A stretch of 45,339 nt of DNA. It comes from Pseudazoarcus pumilus (GTDB lineage: Bacteria; Pseudomonadota; Gammaproteobacteria; Burkholderiales; Rhodocyclaceae). The translations under genes were made by a program, and so were the position numbers. The notes below the pieces were generated by a model. It did no database searches. It worked only from the letters and a program-made list of their open reading frames with translations, and had not been told where the DNA came from. This document shows, piece after piece, positions 41,127 to 45,339 of the stretch. The first letter of the stretch is position 1; each line of letters opens with the position of its first letter. The stretch lies in the NCBI GenBank assembly GCA_033837965.1, contig JAJLLM010000157.1, forward strand, positions 1 through 45,339, written 5' to 3'.

Positions 41127-42515
41127 TTAGTGGTGACCGAGGTGGCCGCCGCCCTGTGGTTTGCGAACTTCCATTTCGATCTTCGGCGGCTCGCTGCGTT
41201 CAGCCGCGAAGCGCGCCGGCTCAGGGAGCTCACCCGTCCACTCGAAGGCCTGCGTGCCGGCCGGCTGCTGGTACCAGCCCGGATCGGAGTAGTCGCCGGG
41301 CTTCTGGTCGCGGCGTACCTTGAGCATGGTGAACATGCCGCCCATCTCGACCGGGCCCCACGGGCCGGTGCCGGTCATCATCGGCAGGGTCTGCTCGGGC
41401 AGCAGCATCTGCATCTCTCCCATGTCGGCCATGCCGCGCTCGCCCATCAGCATGTAGTCAGGCGCGGATTTCTGGATGCGGCCTACCAAGCCACGGTGGT
41501 CGACACCGATCATGGTCGGTACGTCGTGGCCCATGGGGTTCATGGTGTGGTGGCTCTTGTGGCAGTGGAAGGCCCAGTCGCCTTCCTCGTCGGCGAGGAA
41601 TTCCACCTGGCGCATCTGCCCCACCGCAATGTCGGTGGTGACCTCGGGCCAGCGCGAGCCCGGCGGGGTCGGGCCGCCGTCGGTGCCGGTGACCTCGAAT
41701 TCGTGACCGTGCAGGTGGATCGGGTGGTTGGTCATGGTCAGGTTGCCGACGCGGATGCGCACGCGGTCGCCATGGCGCACGTTGAGGCTGTCGATGCCGG
41801 GGAAGGCGCGGCTGTTGAAGGTCCACAGATTGAAGTCGGTCATGGTGTTGACCTTGGGTACGACGCTGCCCGGATCGATGTCGTAGGACGACAGCAGGAA
41901 GCAGAAGTCGCGGTCCACCTCGGCAATCGCCGGATGCTTGTCTTTCGGGTGCGTTACCCAGAAGCCCATCATGCCCATCGCCATCTGCGTCATCTCGTCG
42001 GCGTGCGGGTGGTACATGAAGGTGCCGGGTCGGCGCGCGACGAACTCGTAAACATAGGTCTTGCCGACCGGAATGGCGCGCTGGTTCAGCCCTGCCACGC
42101 CGTCCATGCCGTTGGGCAGACGCTGGCCGTGCCAGTGGATGGAGGTGTGCTCGGGCAGCTTGTTGGTGACGAAGATGCGCACGCGGTCGCCTTCCACCAC
42201 CTCGATGGTCGGGCCGGGGCTCTGGCCGTTGTAACCCCACAGCCGCGCCACCATGCCCGGCGCGATCTCGCGCTCGACCGGCTCGGCCACCAGATGGAAC
42301 TCCTTCACGCCGTTGTTCATGCGCCATGGGGCGGTCCAGCCGTTGAGCGTGACCACCGGGTTGTAGGGGCGGCCGGTGTCCGGCATGAGCGGCGCGGCGG
42401 TGGCCGCCGAGGTCTGGATGACCGGCTCGGGCAGGCGCGCGAGCGCCGATTTGGCCACCCCGGTGGCGGCGACGGCGCCCAGTGCGGCGTGGCCGAAGAA
42501 TTTGCGTCGATCCAT
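41127..42515 (-). CDS. Tat-exported multicopper oxidase
   Basis: DRRKFF Tat signal; HWHG, YHPH, HPIHLHGH, HCHKSHH. Confidence 0.93.
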   Translation of the reverse strand: MDRRKFFGHAALGAVAATGVAKSALARLPEPVIQTSAATAAPLMPDTGRPYNPVVTLNGWTAPWRMNNGVKEFHLVAEPVEREIAPGMVARLWGYNGQSPGPTIEVVEGDRVRIFVTNKLPEHTSIHWHGQRLPNGMDGVAGLNQRAIPVGKTYVYEFVARRPGTFMYHPHADEMTQMAMGMMGFWVTHPKDKHPAIAEVDRDFCFLLSSYDIDPGSVVPKVNTMTDFNLWTFNSRAFPGIDSLNVRHGDRVRIRVGNLTMTNHPIHLHGHEFEVTGTDGGPTPPGSRWPEVTTDIAVGQMRQVEFLADEEGDWAFHCHKSHHTMNPMGHDVPTMIGVDHRGLVGRIQKSAPDYMLMGERGMADMGEMQMLLPEQTLPMMTGTGPWGPVEMGGMFTMLKVRRDQKPGDYSDPGWYQQPAGTQAFEWTGELPEPARFAAERSEPPKIEMEVRKPQGGGHLGHH

Positions 42516-42517
42516 GT

Positions 42518-43813
42518 TCAGTGTCCTCCGGCGTTACCGGCCGCGGCACGCTTGCCGCCAGCCTCGGGCGCGGCGAATTCGCCGCCGGCCAGTACGTTCT
42601 GCAGTTCGGTGTTCGCCAGCCAGAAGCGGCGCAGCGCGTCGTTGGCGGCGGCGCGCGCCATGGCCTGTGCGGCGGCGCCATCGAGCACCTCCCAGGTGCT
42701 GGCAAGCATGCCGTTGTAGCGCAGCAGGGTTTCGTCCTGCAGCGCGTCGGTGGTCGGCACGACCGCCTCGGCGGCCTGACGAGCCAGCGTCCAGGCGTCG
42801 TGCGCGGCCAGCCAGGCGGCGCGCACGTTGTTACGGATGCGCACGGCCAGTCGCTCGGCGGCGGCGATGTCGCGCGCCGCTGCGGGAGCTTCGTGGCCGA
42901 CCTGCAGGCGACGCTGGTCGATCATCGGTGCGCTGACGGGCAGGCTTTCCAGTCCGCTGTCCGCGTCGGGCAACGTTGCGGAAACAGCGTCCCGCCACAT
43001 CTGCAGGCTGCGCGTTGCGATGCCGCGCTCTGCCCAGCGTGCGCTCTGCGCGAGTACCGGCATCTCGGGGTGCAGTGTCAGCGCGCGGGCCTCCAGTCCG
43101 TCGAGGGCCGGCGCCTGTGCCGGCAGCGTGGGCAGGGCGGCCGGCAGGCTCAGCGTCTCGGCGGCCTCACCCCACAGGCCGAGCAGCGTGGCGAGATGGG
43201 CTTGGGCAACACGTGCGGCGGTGCGTGCATCGACCAGCGCAGCCAGTGCGTCGGCGCGGGCGAGGCGTGAGCGCAGCAGACGGTCCTGCCCCCAGGTGCC
43301 ATTGCGCGTCATGCGGGTGGCCAGTTCGTCGCCGGTGTCGGTGGCCTCGAAGGCGGCACCGGCCTCACGCAGCGCGGTCTGCGCGGCGACGGCCTCGATC
43401 CAGGCGCGGTGCACGCTGCGCGCCAGTTCGCGCGCTTCGGCGTCGGCACGGCGGCGTTCCTGCTCGCTGGACTCGGTGGTGGTGACCAGGTCCGGCCGGG
43501 CGGCCAGTGCCAGGCGCAGGGCCGCGCCCGGTGTCAGCACGGGGCCGGCTGCACTGGCGGCTTCTTCTGCGCGCGGCAGGTTGCTGGCCTCCCAGCGCAG
43601 CACGTCGATATGACCGCGCGGCATCGCGCCGACGCGATCATTGGCTGCGCGCCAGTCGTCGGCGCCCAGCGCGGGGCGCTCCACGACCGTGTCCGGCAGC
43701 GGCGCAATGCGCGGTGGCGGTACGGCGGCGGACGCATCATAGGGCGGGGTGGCGTGGGCGGCTGCGCCGAATGCGGCAGCGAGCGCGACCACGAGTTTCC
43801 GGGTCCTCGTCAT
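42518..43813 (-). CDS. TolC-like outer membrane protein of the copper cluster
   Basis: ATG at 43813 after CAGGAG; Ala-rich coiled coils; ETLLRYNGMLASTWEVL and LRRFWLA typical of TolC genes that precede multicopper oxidases. Confidence 0.8.
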   Translation of the reverse strand: MTRTRKLVVALAAAFGAAAHATPPYDASAAVPPPRIAPLPDTVVERPALGADDWRAANDRVGAMPRGHIDVLRWEASNLPRAEEAASAAGPVLTPGAALRLALAARPDLVTTTESSEQERRRADAEARELARSVHRAWIEAVAAQTALREAGAAFEATDTGDELATRMTRNGTWGQDRLLRSRLARADALAALVDARTAARVAQAHLATLLGLWGEAAETLSLPAALPTLPAQAPALDGLEARALTLHPEMPVLAQSARWAERGIATRSLQMWRDAVSATLPDADSGLESLPVSAPMIDQRRLQVGHEAPAAARDIAAAERLAVRIRNNVRAAWLAAHDAWTLARQAAEAVVPTTDALQDETLLRYNGMLASTWEVLDGAAAQAMARAAANDALRRFWLANTELQNVLAGGEFAAPEAGGKRAAAGNAGGH

Positions 43814-43890
43814 GCAGGTCTCCTGTTGGGGAAGGCGGGCCTTCCGGGATGGCAACACGACGATTATTGGCGGCCGGCCCCGACCCGGGC

Positions 43891-43917
43891 CTGACGCGCG
43901 GATTACAAATCTGTCAG
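43891..43917. promoter_or_regulatory. CusR/CopR-type operator, copy 2
   Basis: CTGAC-N6-ATTAC-N6-GTCAG upstream of the tolC-mco operon. Confidence 0.75.
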
Positions 43918-43918
43918 C

Positions 43919-43949
43919 TTGACCTTGCCATGCGGGAAGGGTGTTCAAT
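43919..43949 (+). promoter_or_regulatory. MerR-type promoter of the CDF gene
   Basis: TTGACC-N19-TTCAAT with an imperfect dyad ACCTTGCCA-tgc-GGGAAGGGT. Confidence 0.65.
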
Positions 43950-43977
43950 AAGGCCATTGCCCGAGATGGAGAGCGAC

Positions 43978-44625
43978 ATGGCCGGATGTTGTGATGCCGG
44001 ATGTTCCACGCGCACCGCGGTGAGCCCGCGCTTTCGCCGTGCGTTGTGGATCGCGCTGGTGGTGAATGCGCTGATGTTCGTCGTCGAGGTGGTCGGCGGG
44101 CTGCGCAGCGGTTCGGTGTCGTTGCTGGCCGATGCGGTGGACTTCGCCGGCGATGCGGCCAACTACGGCATCTCGCTGGCGGTCCTGTCCATGGGCCTGC
44201 TGTGGCGCTCGCGTGCGGCGCTGGTGAAGGGGGTGACGATGGCGCTGTTCGGCCTCTTCGTGATCGGCAAGACGGTGTGGGCGGCCTTCGCCGGCGTGCC
44301 GCCGGAGGCCTTCACCATGGGGCTGATCGCCCTGCTGGCGCTGGCGGCCAATGCCGGGGTTGCATTGATGCTGTATGCCTTCCGCGACGGCGATGCCGAC
44401 ATGCGCTCGGTATGGCTGTGCAGCCGCAACGACGCCATCGGCAGCATGGCGGTGCTGCTGGCGGCCTTCGGCGTATTCGGCACCGGCAGCCACTGGCCCG
44501 ACCTGCTGGTGGCGGCCGTGATTGCCGGGCTTGCCATTACCTCGGGCCGGGCGGTGATCCGCCAGGCGCGTGCGGAACTGGCCAGTGCAGCGCAGTTGCC
44601 GTCGGCGCGTCAGACTGTCGGCTGA
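43978..44625 (+). CDS. Cation diffusion facilitator (CzcD-like, no C-terminal domain)
   Basis: MAGCCDAGC N-terminus; SLLADAVDFAGDAANY; MRSVWLCSRNDAIG; WPDL; RBS GGAGAG; 215 aa. Confidence 0.88.
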   Translation: MAGCCDAGCSTRTAVSPRFRRALWIALVVNALMFVVEVVGGLRSGSVSLLADAVDFAGDAANYGISLAVLSMGLLWRSRAALVKGVTMALFGLFVIGKTVWAAFAGVPPEAFTMGLIALLALAANAGVALMLYAFRDGDADMRSVWLCSRNDAIGSMAVLLAAFGVFGTGSHWPDLLVAAVIAGLAITSGRAVIRQARAELASAAQLPSARQTVG

Positions 44626-44648
44626 CGGCCGGATTACATCTTCGTCAG
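44622..44648. promoter_or_regulatory. CusR/CopR-type operator, copy 3
   Basis: CTGAC-N6-ATTAC-N6-GTCAG upstream of the response regulator; includes the CDF stop TGA. Confidence 0.7.
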
Positions 44649-44706
44649 CTTCGTGCCGGGCGTGGCTGCGCTGGCACAATGCCGCGATGTGCGCGAGGCC
44701 AAGGCC

Positions 44707-45339
44707 ATGAAGATCCTGATCGTCGAGGACGAACCGAAGACTGGTGACTACCTGCGGCAGGGGCTGAGCGAGGCCGGCTTCGTGGTCGATCTGGCGCGCG
44801 ACGGGCTGGACGGCCTGCATGCCGCGACCACCGCCGAGTACGACCTCATCGTGCTCGACGTGATGCTGCCGCGGCTCGACGGCTGGGGCGTGCTGGAGAC
44901 CTTGCGGCGTGGCGGGCAGCAGACGCCGGTGCTGTTCCTCACCGCGCGCGATCAGGTCGAGGACCGGGTGCGTGGTCTCGAACTCGGTGCCGACGACTAT
45001 CTGGTCAAACCCTTCGCCTTCTCCGAATTGCTGGCGCGTGTGCGCACGCTGCTGCGGCGCGGGCGGGCGAAGGAGCCGGAGGTGCTGCGCGCCGCCGATC
45101 TGGAAATCGACCTGCTGCGCCGTCGCGTGCTGCGTGCCGGCCAGCGCATCGACCTCACCGCCAAGGAATTCGCGCTGCTCGAACTGCTGTTGCGGCGGCA
45201 GGGCGAGGTGCTGCCGCGTTCGCTGATCGCCTCGCAGGTGTGGGACATGAATTTCGACAGCGACACCAACGTCATCGAGGTCGCCGTGCGCCGTCTGCGC
45301 GCCAAGGTGGACGACCCCTTCGAGCCCAAGCTGATCCGC
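44707..45339 (+). CDS. Heavy-metal response regulator (CusR/CopR type, OmpR family), truncated by the window end
   Basis: [70 protein letters not shown]. Not in the ORF track because it has no stop inside the window. Confidence 0.93.
   Translation, partial: MKILIVEDEPKTGDYLRQGLSEAGFVVDLARDGLDGLHAATTAEYDLIVLDVMLPRLDGWGVLETLRRGGQQTPVLFLTARDQVEDRVRGLELGADDYLVKPFAFSELLARVRTLLRRGRAKEPEVLRAADLEIDLLRRRVLRAGQRIDLTAKEFALLELLLRRQGEVLPRSLIASQVWDMNFDSDTNVIEVAVRRLRAKVDDPFEPKLIR

Overview
GC-rich bacterial chromosomal window, probably betaproteobacterial (Rhodocyclales-like by gene content; inference only). The left half (1-20 kb) is a sensory/chemotaxis region. It holds a soluble double-Cache/CheW fusion, four MCPs (three with sigma28-type promoters, two with Aer-type PAS), a NarL-family two-component pair upstream of a PAS-MCP and a MASE3-PAS-GGDEF-EAL gene, an NRAMP-related transporter with a highly structured leader, a DUF502-thioesterase pair and a TraB/GumN gene. 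The middle has an RND pair, the radical SAM gene ygiQ, and a GcvA-like LysR gene divergent from a 50-aa small protein whose 3' region folds into hairpins displaying anti-Shine-Dalgarno CCUCC motifs (candidate small-protein/sRNA module). The right half has two copper systems: CueR-controlled copZ-copA-cueR and, beyond an orphan transglutaminase/DUF2126 gene, a CusR/CopR-type cluster. That cluster comprises TolC, multicopper oxidase, cupredoxin, CusF, a Met-rich secreted protein, cytochrome c, a second Cu-ATPase, DUF2933, a methyltransferase, a YHS protein, a CDF transporter and a truncated response regulator, with three copies of a shared 27-bp operator. No rRNA, tRNA, CRISPR array, integrase or transposase was recognised. 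All family assignments come from motif recognition by eye; no database search was run.
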